From assembly GCA_963842525.1 (NCBI GenBank), contig CAWJGT010000004.1:96001-160000 (forward strand): a stretch of DNA of 64,000 nucleotides, read 5' to 3'. Shown one piece after another: positions 1-9,106 of this stretch. The stretch's first letter is position 1. Each line of letters starts with the position of its first letter. The position numbers and the translations under genes are program-made. Source of the DNA: an uncultured Holophagales bacterium (GTDB lineage Bacteria > Acidobacteriota > Thermoanaerobaculia > Multivoradales > UBA5704). A model generated the notes under the pieces. It ran no database searches, had not been told where the DNA came from, and was given only the letters and a program-made list of their open reading frames with translations.

Positions 1-507
1 CACGGGGACCGGGCTCGGGGACGACAGGGCTTCCTCCGGCCAGTCCTTCTTGTTGCGGAGCTCTTCGATCCGGTAGAGGTGCAGCCCATCGTGGAGCGCC
101 ATCTGGCGGCTCATGGCCAGCACGGAGTAGCCAGGGACCTCCGGATGATCCGCTGTGCAGTGCCAGTCTGCGTCGGAGAGAGAGAGCAGGAGGGCGATCA
201 GCTCGGACCGGTCGTGGGCGAAACGCTCCAGAGCCTCCCCGAGGTCGACTTCGAGATAGGCCCCGGCCTCCTCCGCCGGCGAGGGAGATGCCGGCTCGAT
301 TCGCGGGTGCTCCTCGGCGAGCATCCGCTCCAGCCGCGAGAAGACGAGAGGGTGTTCCACGGACAGATGGACGGCATGCTCGTGCGCCGACCACCTGGCC
401 GGGGACGGCCGCCGCTTGCGCAACGGCTCGGGGATCTCCTGCATCAGCGAACCGAGGAGCGCCGGAGCGCTCCCCAGGGTCGCCAGGACGGCTTGGATGT
501 CGTTCAC
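1..507 (-). CDS. DinB/YfiT-like metal-binding protein, runs off the window start
   Basis: Manual translation from GTG at 507 (absent from the ORF track): MNDIQAVLATL...RRPSPARWSAHEHAVHL...ALHDGLHLYRIEEL, with the DinB WS-x-x-E-H-x-x-H and H-D-x-x-H motifs. No stop before position 1. Confidence 0.7.
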   Translation of the reverse strand, partial: MNDIQAVLATLGSAPALLGSLMQEIPEPLRKRRPSPARWSAHEHAVHLSVEHPLVFSRLERMLAEEHPRIEPASPSPAEEAGAYLEVDLGEALERFAHDRSELIALLLSLSDADWHCTADHPEVPGYSVLAMSRQMALHDGLHLYRIEELRNKKDWPEEALSSPSPVPV

Positions 508-738
508 GTTCGCTCGTCTCCCAGACACGTCGCGGTAGAGTAGGGCTGCAGCGCCGCCCTCAGAAACCGGGAGTCTTGCATGAGGTTGCCTTGTTGAGCC
601 ATCTCTTCTTCATCGCCTCGTCGCGGGGCACGCGTGCTATTCTCGGATGAAGGCGTCGGTCGAGCTGATCAGGATCTTAGCCGGCTATGTGTCGAAAAAG
701 GCGCCGAACGACGCGAGGCAACATCCAGGGGAAGACAG

Positions 739-975
739 ATGGAGACGAAAACGATCGAGCTCTCCGAAGCTCAAAGCCAACTGGCAGACTTGGTGACGCA
801 GGCTGCCGCTGGCACGGAAATCGTCTTGACGGAAGGCAACACTCCACTGGCCCGATTGGTTGCGGTGACAGGGCTTGGCGGGCGGCGAGTGCCGGGCCTG
901 CACCCCGGCAGCATGGAAGCCTCCGACGACTTCGATGCGCCGCTGCCGGATGAGCTCTGGATCGGGACCACGTGA
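739..975 (+). CDS. Phd/YefM-family antitoxin
   Basis: METKTIELSEAQSQLADLV...EIVLT...PLARLV...RRVPG...DDFDAPLPDE. Its stop overlaps the start of a PIN remnant (GTGA). Confidence 0.85.
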   Translation: METKTIELSEAQSQLADLVTQAAAGTEIVLTEGNTPLARLVAVTGLGGRRVPGLHPGSMEASDDFDAPLPDELWIGTT

Positions 976-1129
976 AGCTCCTCCTCGACACTCGGCGCTG
1001 GAGGAGCTTCCCCGCCACCATCGGGACCCCTTCGACCGCATGCTCGTGGCACAGGCTGTTGTGGAAGGAGCAACGCTCCTCAGCGTGGACTCCTTCCTGA
1101 GGTCCTATCCCGTCGAAGTTCGGTGGTGA
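972..1129 (+). pseudogene. vapC: VapC/PIN toxin remnant with internal deletion and frameshift
   Basis: Starts MKLLLDT at GTG 972, then jumps in another frame to the PIN C-terminus LPRHHRDPFDRMLVAQAVVEGATLLSVD...VRW. Only about 52 codons remain. Confidence 0.8.
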
Positions 1130-1142
1130 CGAAGGATTTTCC

Positions 1143-2840
1143 TTGCTGCTTCGGTCCCGATGGCTGGGTTACGGCGTGCTTGCCCTGGCGCTGGCCGGGA
1201 TGCATATCGCGCTCATGCCTTACGCGTTCGACGACGCGTACATCCACCTGCGCATCGCCCGCCATCTGGTTGAGGACGGAGTGCCGTATTTCCACCTCGG
1301 CGAGCCGCTGCGCGCCAGCTCCTCGTCCGGCTGGACCCTCGTCCTGGCCGGGCTGATTGCCCTCTTCGGCCCTTCCCTGACCGCGGTCGCGGCCTTCGAG
1401 GCGCTGGCGACCACGACGGCCGCGGCGATCTATGCGCGGCTCGCCCGCGGTGCCGTGGGACCGGACGCCCGGGGCGTCGAGCCGGCGGTGGCGGCGGTTA
1501 CAGTCACTGTGCTCCTGGCGCCGAGCCTCGGGCTCATGGAGACGTCCACGACGCTGGCGCTCGTCGGGGGCGGGTTTCTGCTGCTCCAGAGGGGGCGCGC
1601 TTCCGGGTTCGCCCTGCTCGCTGCTGCTAGCTTTTTCCGCATCGAGGCGGTCGTGTTCCTGCTCGCAGCTTTGGCCCTGAACCTGGTGCGGCGCGAGGTC
1701 CCCTGGGGACGTTCCCTCGGCGCGGCGCTCCTCGGCGGCGCTCCGCTGCTGGCCTACGACCTCTGGTTCTTCGGCACCCTCCTGCCGCACGCGGCCCGGG
1801 CGAAGCGCCTGGCCTATGACCTGCCGTTCACCGAATCGATCGCCACGGCGGGGCCGACCCTGCACACCGGCCATGCCATGGAGAAGGCTGCCTACCTGTC
1901 GATGCTGCTGGCCGCGCTGGCGATCCTCGCCCTGTCGGCACGGCTGAGCGAGCGGCTGCGTCCGGGACCGCCGCGGGACCCCGGGCTGTGGGCCCTCACC
2001 TTCATCGGCGCGGGAGTGGCGATCCTGGGGACCTATCTCGTCGCGCGCACCTTCGTCTTTACGTGGTACATGCCGCTCTACCTGCTGCCGGGCGCCCTCG
2101 GCGCGCTCTGGCTCGGCTGGCAGCGGCGCGGGCTCGCCACGGGGCTGATGACGGCGATCCTGCTCTTCCCGTTCGCGCGGGACGCCGTGGGGCAGGCTGC
2201 CGGAGCCGTGGCCGATCCCGAAAAGTCGCCGCTCTTCCTGGAGCAGGCGCGCGTCGGTCAATATCTCGACATCGGAGCCACTCTCGACCGGGTCTGCCCC
2301 GGGTGTGACCTGCTGACCAGCGAGATCGGGGGGCTGGGCTGGTCCTTCCACGGCCGCATTCGCGACGGTTTAGGCCTTGCCAGCCCGGAGGCGCTGCGCT
2401 GGCATCCGATGAAGATCCCCGAGGAGCGCGGGGCTCCGGTGGTCGGCGCGGTCCCGGTGGGCTTCGTCCGCGAGGCCCATCCGGGGCTCATCGTCAGCGC
2501 CGACATCTTCGCCGTGGCGTTGCTGCGGTCGGACGCGCTGGCCGGCTACGAGCAGTGGGCCTGTCCGATCTACAACGAGCGGGACCGGCGGCTCACCGAC
2601 CTCCCCGGCCCCTGGGGGGCGGTCGTGCTGCACGTCTTCGCGCGTCGCGACGTGGCCGCCGCCCACTCCGATCTCGGGAAGCTCCTGGTCCATCACCACC
2701 GCTGCCGGCGGCTGGTGGGCGAGCCCGACCAGCTCCAGATGCCTGTCCGGACCTGGATCCAGGACAGCCCGGCGCGGCGGATTCAGAGCAATCCGGCCTT
2801 GCGGGCGCGGCGGAGGACCTCGCCGCCCAAAAGCCCATAG
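1143..2840 (+). CDS. Polytopic membrane protein, probable GT-C-fold glycosyltransferase
   Basis: Many hydrophobic segments; DDAYIHLRIARHL after TM1, plus GLMET and RIEA motifs typical of this family. Start uncertain. Confidence 0.6.
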   Translation: MLLRSRWLGYGVLALALAGMHIALMPYAFDDAYIHLRIARHLVEDGVPYFHLGEPLRASSSSGWTLVLAGLIALFGPSLTAVAAFEALATTTAAAIYARLARGAVGPDARGVEPAVAAVTVTVLLAPSLGLMETSTTLALVGGGFLLLQRGRASGFALLAAASFFRIEAVVFLLAALALNLVRREVPWGRSLGAALLGGAPLLAYDLWFFGTLLPHAARAKRLAYDLPFTESIATAGPTLHTGHAMEKAAYLSMLLAALAILALSARLSERLRPGPPRDPGLWALTFIGAGVAILGTYLVARTFVFTWYMPLYLLPGALGALWLGWQRRGLATGLMTAILLFPFARDAVGQAAGAVADPEKSPLFLEQARVGQYLDIGATLDRVCPGCDLLTSEIGGLGWSFHGRIRDGLGLASPEALRWHPMKIPEERGAPVVGAVPVGFVREAHPGLIVSADIFAVALLRSDALAGYEQWACPIYNERDRRLTDLPGPWGAVVLHVFARRDVAAAHSDLGKLLVHHHRCRRLVGEPDQLQMPVRTWIQDSPARRIQSNPALRARRRTSPPKSP

Positions 2841-3556
2841 GCGACGGCGCCCGAGGACCAGCTCTCGTAGTCGAAGATGGTCTGGCCGTGCCCCGGAGCC
2901 TCGGCGAGGCGGACGTTGATCGGGATCTCGGCGCGGAAGACCTTCGACCCATAGGACTTGCGGAGCGCCGCCACCATCTCGTCGGTCACCAGGGTGCGGT
3001 GGTCGACCATGGTCAGGAGGATGCCCAGCGGCTCGGGCAGCTTGCCGATGCGCTCGCGGACGATCTCCAGCGCTTCGAAGAAACGGCCGAGGGCGTCCAT
3101 GTCCAGGTGGTGGGGGGTGACCGGGACGAGGAAGGCGTCCGCGGCAGCCAGGCCGTTGAGGGTCAGGATCGACAGCCCGGGCGGGCAGTCCAGGACCACG
3201 ACGTCGTAGCGCCGGCGGACCGGGGTGAGGGCCTTCCTGAGGAGCTTCTCCGGCTCCTGCTTGCGCGACAGCGCCAGGTCGGCGCCGGCAAGCTGGAGCG
3301 AGGAGGGGAGGAGGTCGACCCCCTCGACCCCCGAGGCGCGGATCGCCTCGGCCGCGCCGGCCTTGCCGAGCAGCACCGCGGCCAGGGTCGGGGCTTCCTC
3401 GTCCCCGCCGGCTCCGAACGAATAGGTGGCCGACCCTTGCGGATCGAGGTCGACGAGCAGCACCTTGAGGCCGCTGCGCGCGAACGCCGCCGCCAGGTTG
3501 ACCGCCGTCGTCGTCTTGCCTACGCCTCCCTTGACATTGACCAGGGCCAGTCTCAT
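2783..3556 (-). CDS. parA: ParA/Soj family ATPase (no adjacent parB)
   Basis: KGGVGKTT deviant Walker A, LVDLDPQG, DCPP, IPINVRLAEAP. Confidence 0.9.
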   Translation of the reverse strand: MRLALVNVKGGVGKTTTAVNLAAAFARSGLKVLLVDLDPQGSATYSFGAGGDEEAPTLAAVLLGKAGAAEAIRASGVEGVDLLPSSLQLAGADLALSRKQEPEKLLRKALTPVRRRYDVVVLDCPPGLSILTLNGLAAADAFLVPVTPHHLDMDALGRFFEALEIVRERIGKLPEPLGILLTMVDHRTLVTDEMVAALRKSYGSKVFRAEIPINVRLAEAPGHGQTIFDYESWSSGAVAYGLLGGEVLRRARKAGLL

Positions 3557-3725
3557 GGCACCTCCCGAGCCGGGAAAGAATCGTTTCGTGACAACACGAG
3601 GGCTGATTCTAGGTCACGCAGGGGAGGACCGGAAACCTTTCGCCCTTCACGGGCATTTATAAGAGGAGAAAAAGAAGGGAGGCCGCGCCATGGGCGGTGG
3701 GGCGGGAGCTGCCGCGGACGGCGTG

Positions 3726-3827
3726 AGCCCGGCGATGAATCGCCGGGCTAGAAACGGCGCCCCATGAATGGGGCTTGAAGCCGGGTTCACCCGGCGCTGC
3801 TTCTAGCCCGGGCATTCATGCCCGGGC
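3726..3827. repeat. REP-like cluster of four short palindromes
   Basis: AGCCCGGCGATGAATCGCCGGGCT, GCCCCATGAATGGGGC, GCCGGGTTCACCCGGC, GCCCGGGCATTCATGCCCGGGC. Loops are GAA in the first two and TTC in the last two. Confidence 0.7.
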
Positions 3828-3840
3828 GATGGGGCTGCCC

Positions 3841-4199
3841 CTATCGCCCCGTGATCTCATCCTTGGCGATCCGGCCCATTTTCATCACGAACCGCCCGTT
3901 CTCCAAGGCGGTGATGTCATCGAGCGGGTTGCCGGGGACGGCGATCTCAGCCCGGGCAGCACCGTGGCCTGGCCGAGGTCCACGACCCGCGCCTCGGCGG
4001 GGATCGCCACATCGGCGCCAACGGCCCGGATGCGCGTCCCTTCGACGAGCACGACGGCATTGGGGATGGCGCTGCCCTTCTCGACGTCGATCAGGTGCCC
4101 GCACTTGATCGCGGTGACCTGCGGCTCGGCGGCCCGGGCCGTTCCTGCAGACAGCAGCATAGCGAGGACAATCGGAGCCGTGGATTTCGCTCGAAGCAT
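3841..4199 (-). pseudogene. Secreted amidohydrolase remnant, catalytic core deleted
   Basis: Signal peptide plus N-terminal beta region (...ARVVDLGQATVLPGL) joined out of frame to the C-terminus (IAVPGNPLDDITALENGRFVMKMG). The DxHxH TIM barrel is missing. Confidence 0.75.
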
Positions 4200-4275
4200 G
4201 GATCCTCCCTTGGGATGAACAGGCACAGGGAGGATAGACGGGAGAGGGGCCGGTGGGGAAGAAGCCGGAAGCACC

Positions 4276-5244
4276 TCAACTCGGCTCGTCGATCACCTCG
4301 CCGACCGAAGCGGCAACGGCAGCCTTCTCCAGCCAGCGCTCCAGCCGCTCCAGATCCTTCTGGTCCAGGATGCGCTCGCGGATGGCGTCCGGCACCGCAA
4401 TGCCGCGGACCCGAAGCACGGCCAGCAGGTTGCGCGCCGCCTCCTCGGTGCGCCCCTCGGTACGCCCCTCGGTACGCCCCTCGGTACGCCCCTCGGTGCG
4501 CCCCTCGGTGCGCCCCTCGGTGCGCCCCTCGGTGCGTCCGGCGGTGAGTCCCTCGGCGCGCCCCTGCGCGACGTACTTCCTCGCAAACTCGCTCTGGTAT
4601 TCGTAACCTTTCATCATTTCCTCCAACCTCCGGCGAGCCGCCTCATTCCCGGAATTGTACAAGAGATCGTAGTACAACCTGGCCCTGTCGTCGTCGAGTC
4701 CCAGGATCGCGGGCAGCACCGCGGCGGCGATCGTCTCTCCCTGCTCGGACTGGCCGTGCGCCAGCGCGGAAAGCACCCCAAGCTCGGGCCGGCGGGCCGC
4801 CTCCCGAGGGTCGGTCACAACCGGAACGGCAGTATGGCTCAAGACAAACGGGCGCAGGACGAAGCCGGGCATGCCGGTCTCGATCGACTCCGCGCACCAA
4901 CCGGCAACGACCGGATCGGGTGCGACGATGAGCAGACCCGCCGGGCAGCCGTGGATCGCACGCGAGACCGTCACATAGGCGGGCCAACTGAAGCGCTTTC
5001 TGGGGTCGGGCGCCAGTTGGACCTCGATGATGATCACCCGGACGGGGACGTCCTTATCGAAAAGGACGGCCACGGCATCGGCGCGGTATTCGGCAGGCTG
5101 GATCTCGGTCAGGTCGATGGAAGCGAGGCGAGCGTCGGTGTAGGCCGGAATCGACGCGCCGAGCACCTCGGCCAGGATCTCGGCGCCGAGCGACGGGCGG
5201 TTCTTGAACAGATCCGCAAGGATCTCGTGGGCCATGGAGGGCAT
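4276..5244 (-). CDS. Rpn-like PD-(D/E)XK protein with variable C-terminal tail
   Basis: EYRADAV...IIIEVQ (D...ExQ motif); tail YQSEFARKY-EGR repeats-RGIAVP...LERWL. Confidence 0.7.
   Translation of the reverse strand: MPSMAHEILADLFKNRPSLGAEILAEVLGASIPAYTDARLASIDLTEIQPAEYRADAVAVLFDKDVPVRVIIIEVQLAPDPRKRFSWPAYVTVSRAIHGCPAGLLIVAPDPVVAGWCAESIETGMPGFVLRPFVLSHTAVPVVTDPREAARRPELGVLSALAHGQSEQGETIAAAVLPAILGLDDDRARLYYDLLYNSGNEAARRRLEEMMKGYEYQSEFARKYVAQGRAEGLTAGRTEGRTEGRTEGRTEGRTEGRTEGRTEGRTEEAARNLLAVLRVRGIAVPDAIRERILDQKDLERLERWLEKAAVAASVGEVIDEPS
4443..4538. repeat. 12-bp coding tandem repeat, about 8 copies (GRTE)
   Basis: Unit CCTCGGTRCGCC inside the Rpn-like gene. Confidence 0.95.
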
Positions 5245-5429
5245 GGGCGCGGATGTTTACATGCGGGCGGGCAGAGGTCAACTCCCCAGGTATTGACTCC
5301 CGCTCTTTTTTCTTTCTCAGGGGGTGTCTGGAACGTGCTGGTGGCTGGGCCTCTCCGGGCTCGCGAATCCGAAAATCAGCCCCGGTAGGGGCGGCCGGGA
5401 TTAGCCCGCAGGCATAGGTGCCAGGCGAT

Positions 5430-5631
5430 TCATGTACGTCCCTCGGTGCGTCCGGCGGTGAGTCCCTCGGCGCGCCCCTGCGCGACGTACTTCCTCGCGA
5501 ACTCGCTCTGGTATTCGTAACCTTTCATCATTTCCTCCAACCTCCGGCGAGCCTCTGCCTGGAGGACTTCGGGGCACGGGACCAGATGCCGGATGCTCTC
5601 TGCCGCGAGAAGGTCGCCGAGTGCGGAGTGC
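5430..5631. repeat. Chimeric duplication of fragments from both flanking genes
   Basis: 5440-5553 matches 4526-4639 (1 mismatch seen); 5560-5631 matches 6252-6323 (4 mismatches seen). Confidence 0.9.
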
Positions 5632-5669
5632 GGCGACCTGGAGCTGGGCGGTGGCCTGGGAGTGCGCCG

Positions 5670-6006
5670 TGAACGGAGACGAGATCGCCGCGAACGCGGC
5701 CGATTCATGACGAACGAGGGCCGATTCACGGGAAACGGCTTCGCGGTCATGGCGAATCGGGCCGAGATCATGACGAACGCGGCCGGATCGCCGCGATGAG
5801 GGCCGGTTCACCGTGAATCGGCCCGCGTTCACGGCAAACCAGGGCCAGTTCACCATGAATCGGCCCGCGTTCACGGCAAACCAGGGCCAGTTCACCATGA
5901 ATCGGCCCGCGTTCACGGCAAACCAGGGCCAGTTCACCATGAATCGGCCCGCGTTCACGGCAAACCAGAGCCAGTTCACCATGAATCGGCCCGCGTTCAC
6001 GGCAAA
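5670..6006. repeat. Intergenic 42-bp (2x21) tandem array with degenerate left part
   Basis: Unit GTTCACCATGAATCGGCCCGCGTTCACGGCAAACCAGGGCCA, 4-5 near-perfect copies at about 5806-6006, no spacers. Confidence 0.9.
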
Positions 6007-6142
6007 GGACGGCGATCTTCATCTTGGGCCTCGCCTGCCGAGGTGGCTGGGGCGAGGGCGATAGTCTATCGCGCTTCTTCGCCCGGTGGAGCCAGCAGGC
6101 AAACCTGTGTCCGCTCCCTCTTGCTAAGATCACCGGCAGCCC

Positions 6143-9106
6143 ATGGCCACCCTCAAGGTCTTCCTCAGCTCCACGGCCCGCGACCTCGGTCCCTACCGCG
6201 ATGCGGTGTACCGCGCGATCCAGCGTTGCGACGACTGCACGTGTGTCCGGATGGAGGACTTCGGGGCACGGGACCAGGTGCCGGACGCTCTCTGCCGCGA
6301 GAAGGTCGCCGGGTGCGGCGTGCTCGTGGGGCTCATCGGGGGCCTCTACGGCAGCTCGCCGCCTGGCTTGCTGACCTCCTTCACGGAGCGCGAATACGAG
6401 GCCGCCGTGGCCGCGGGAATCCCCCGCCTCATGTTTCTCTCCTCCGAGGACTTCCCGCTGCCGCGGAGCCTGCGCGAGCCGGACGAGCTCAACGAACGGC
6501 TGGAGCGTTTCCGCCAGCGGGTCCAGGAGGAAGAGACCGTCGATTTCTTCGACGGCAACCCCGATGCTCTGGCGACCCGAGTGGTGGCGGCCCTGCGGAA
6601 CCTCGAAAAGAGGAAAACCCGCAAGCCGAAGAGCACCCGTCGCCCCCCCGCCGCCGACCTCGGGCAGGTCCGGGAGCGGTACCTCGCCCACCTCGTCGAA
6701 CGCTACCGCTACCTCGACTTCAAGGGCTTCGGCGTCTCGGACCGTATACCGATCCGGCTCCCCCTGCTGGAGATGTACGTTCCTCTGAAGGCACGCCTGG
6801 AGACCCCAGAAGGCGAGACCTGGGAGCGCCTCGTCCTGGCCGGCAGGAAGCCCACCGAGGACGAAGCGGACGCCATGGGCCGGAAGCTCAGCGAGCCGCG
6901 GCCGGTCCTGGACCTCCTGCAGAGCCACGACGGCCTCATCCTCCTGGGAGATCCGGGATCGGGAAAGACCACCTTCCTCAAGTACCTGGCCCTCACCCAG
7001 GCACAGGGCGAGGCGCTGGGCCTGGGAGATCGCCTGCCGGTTCTTCTCCCGCTCTCCGCCTATGCCAACGCTCTTGCGGAAAAGGATGTCCCCCTCGGCC
7101 GCTTTCTTCCCAGCTACCATCAGGAGCACCGGGGCCTCGACCTGCCTCTCGACGCTCTCCTCGGGCGCGAGCTCCCGCGGGGCGGCGTACTCTTTCTCCT
7201 GGACGGCCTGGACGAGGTCCGGGACCAGGGCCTGCGCAATACCGTGGTGGAGCGGGTCCGGGACTTCTACGGCCTCCACCGCAAGCAGGGCAACAAGTTC
7301 GTCCTCACCAGCCGCATCGTGGGGTACCGGGAGGTCCGGCCCGCCGCCGAGGGGCTGGCCGAAGGCACGCTGGTGGACTTCGATGACGAGGAGATCCGGG
7401 CCTTCGTGGCGAAGTGGACGTCCGCATTGGAGCGCGCGGCGGTGGGGGACACGAAGAAGGCCGCCCTGGACGCGCAACACGAGCAGGAGGAGCTGCTCGC
7501 CGCCGTGCGCAACCCCGGGGTGCGGTCGCTCGCCGCGAACCCGCTGCTGCTGACCATCCTGGCCTTGATGAAGCGGCAGGGGGTGACCCTACCGGACCGG
7601 CGCGTCGAGCTGTACCAGACCTATGTGGAGACGCTGCTGCGGAGCTGGAATCTGGTCCGGAGCCTGGAGGGCCGGGCCGCCCGCGACCTGGACCTGGTGG
7701 AGACCCTGAAGATCCTGGCCCCGCTGGCGCTCTGGATGCACCGGACGTCGCCGGGCGTGGGCCTGGTCAAGGAGTGGGACCTCCACCAGGAGCTGGAACG
7801 GATCTACCGGGAGCGGGGCGAGCAGGACCCGGAGCGGGCGACCCGGCATTTCCTGGAGGACGTGCGGGGCCATGCCGCCCTGCTCCTCGACCGCGGCGGC
7901 CGCCAGTACGGCTTCATCCACCTGACCTTCCAGGAGTACCTGGCGGCGGTGGCCCTGGCGCAGCTTGGGCAGCAGAGGGTCGGGCCGGTGGTGGAGGCAC
8001 TGGCCGGGCATGTGGACGAGGCGCCCTGGCACGAGGTGATCCTTCTGACCATCGGATACCTGGGGATCGGCCAGCGGCGGGACGAGGCGGCGAGCGCGGT
8101 GGTGCAATCGCTGCTGGACCAGGCACCCGGCACGCCGGGGCAGGCGGCCGTTCTGGCGGGCCGTGCGGTCGCGGATGCCGGGCCGGGAGGTGTGACGCCG
8201 GCCTGCCGGCAGGGGGTGGTCGACGCGCTGCTGCACACGATGCGTAGTAATAAGGATGTGGCGCCGGTCCGGCGGGCGCAGGCCGGCGAGGCCCTGAGCC
8301 GGCTCGGGGACCCGCGGTTCGCCCCGGAGGCGTGGTACCTGCCGAAGGAGCCGCTCCTGGGCTTCGTCTACGTCCCGGCCGGGTCGTTCCGGATGGGGGA
8401 TGAAGACAAGGAGCATGAGGTCGAGCTGCCTGACTACTACCTGGCGCGGTTTCCGGTGACGGTGCAGCAGTTCCGCATGTTCGTCGAGCAGAGTTCGTAT
8501 GCGGCCGATCCCTACAGCTTGGACGGTCCCTCGGCCTGCCCGGTCACTTCCGTGAGCTGGCACCACGCCCTGGCGTATTGCGGCTGGCTGGAAGAGCGTC
8601 TGCGGGAAGCTGCGGCGGCGCGAAAGAAGAGTCCGGCGGAGGATCGCGGCTTCTGGGAGGGGCTGGCGAGCGGGCGGCTGCGGGTGACGCTGCCTTCGGA
8701 GGCGGAGTGGGAGAAGGCGGCCCGCGGTGCCGATGGGAGGATCTACCCGTGGGGAGAGGAACCCGACACGGACCGGGCGAATTTCGCCGAGACCGGCATC
8801 GGAACGCCGAGCCCGGTGGGATGCTTTCTGACAGGAGCGAGCCCATACGGCTGCGAGGAGATGAGCGGGAATGTCTTCGAATGGACGCGGAGCCTGGAGG
8901 GACCGTATCCCTACCCGGTACGGCCGAAGGAGCGGGCTCGGCGCGAGGCTCTCTCGGAAGACGGCCTCCGGGTTGTGCGCGGTGGCTCTTGCTTCTGCGA
9001 CCCCTGGCTCGCCCGTTGTGCGTTCCGCTACTGGTTCGAGCCGGGCTACCGCCTCGGCGACATCGGATTCCGTGTCGTCGTGCTCCCATTCCGCTCTGGA
9101 CTCTGA
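6143..9106 (+). CDS. DUF4062 - NACHT NTPase - FGE-sulfatase (CLec-fold) protein
   Basis: KVFLSST..DL...SFTEREY (DUF4062); GDPGSGKTT, LLDGLDE, NPLLL, FIHLTFQEY (NACHT); LPSEAEWEKAARG, MSGNVFEW, RGGS...IGFR (FGE-sulfatase). Confidence 0.9.
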   Translation: MATLKVFLSSTARDLGPYRDAVYRAIQRCDDCTCVRMEDFGARDQVPDALCREKVAGCGVLVGLIGGLYGSSPPGLLTSFTEREYEAAVAAGIPRLMFLSSEDFPLPRSLREPDELNERLERFRQRVQEEETVDFFDGNPDALATRVVAALRNLEKRKTRKPKSTRRPPAADLGQVRERYLAHLVERYRYLDFKGFGVSDRIPIRLPLLEMYVPLKARLETPEGETWERLVLAGRKPTEDEADAMGRKLSEPRPVLDLLQSHDGLILLGDPGSGKTTFLKYLALTQAQGEALGLGDRLPVLLPLSAYANALAEKDVPLGRFLPSYHQEHRGLDLPLDALLGRELPRGGVLFLLDGLDEVRDQGLRNTVVERVRDFYGLHRKQGNKFVLTSRIVGYREVRPAAEGLAEGTLVDFDDEEIRAFVAKWTSALERAAVGDTKKAALDAQHEQEELLAAVRNPGVRSLAANPLLLTILALMKRQGVTLPDRRVELYQTYVETLLRSWNLVRSLEGRAARDLDLVETLKILAPLALWMHRTSPGVGLVKEWDLHQELERIYRERGEQDPERATRHFLEDVRGHAALLLDRGGRQYGFIHLTFQEYLAAVALAQLGQQRVGPVVEALAGHVDEAPWHEVILLTIGYLGIGQRRDEAASAVVQSLLDQAPGTPGQAAVLAGRAVADAGPGGVTPACRQGVVDALLHTMRSNKDVAPVRRAQAGEALSRLGDPRFAPEAWYLPKEPLLGFVYVPAGSFRMGDEDKEHEVELPDYYLARFPVTVQQFRMFVEQSSYAADPYSLDGPSACPVTSVSWHHALAYCGWLEERLREAAAARKKSPAEDRGFWEGLASGRLRVTLPSEAEWEKAARGADGRIYPWGEEPDTDRANFAETGIGTPSPVGCFLTGASPYGCEEMSGNVFEWTRSLEGPYPYPVRPKERARREALSEDGLRVVRGGSCFCDPWLARCAFRYWFEPGYRLGDIGFRVVVLPFRSGL

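Noticed and set aside
2783-3556. Plasmid or prophage partition locus
   Set aside because: No parB, rep, phage or conjugation genes nearby; the context is chromosomal.
5560-5631. Possible DGR template repeat for the DUF4062 region
   Set aside because: Three of four mismatches have A in the copy, but one is T/C, the sample is tiny, the match is outside the CLec domain and it is not AAC-rich. GC-to-AT drift explains it.
5806-6006. Possible CRISPR array
   Set aside because: Units are contiguous with no unique spacers and no cas genes; it is a tandem repeat.
5401-6064. Repeat-encoded ORFs (MNRPAFTANQGQFT and reverse frames)
   Set aside because: Open frames follow from the 42-bp period; no SD or other coding evidence.
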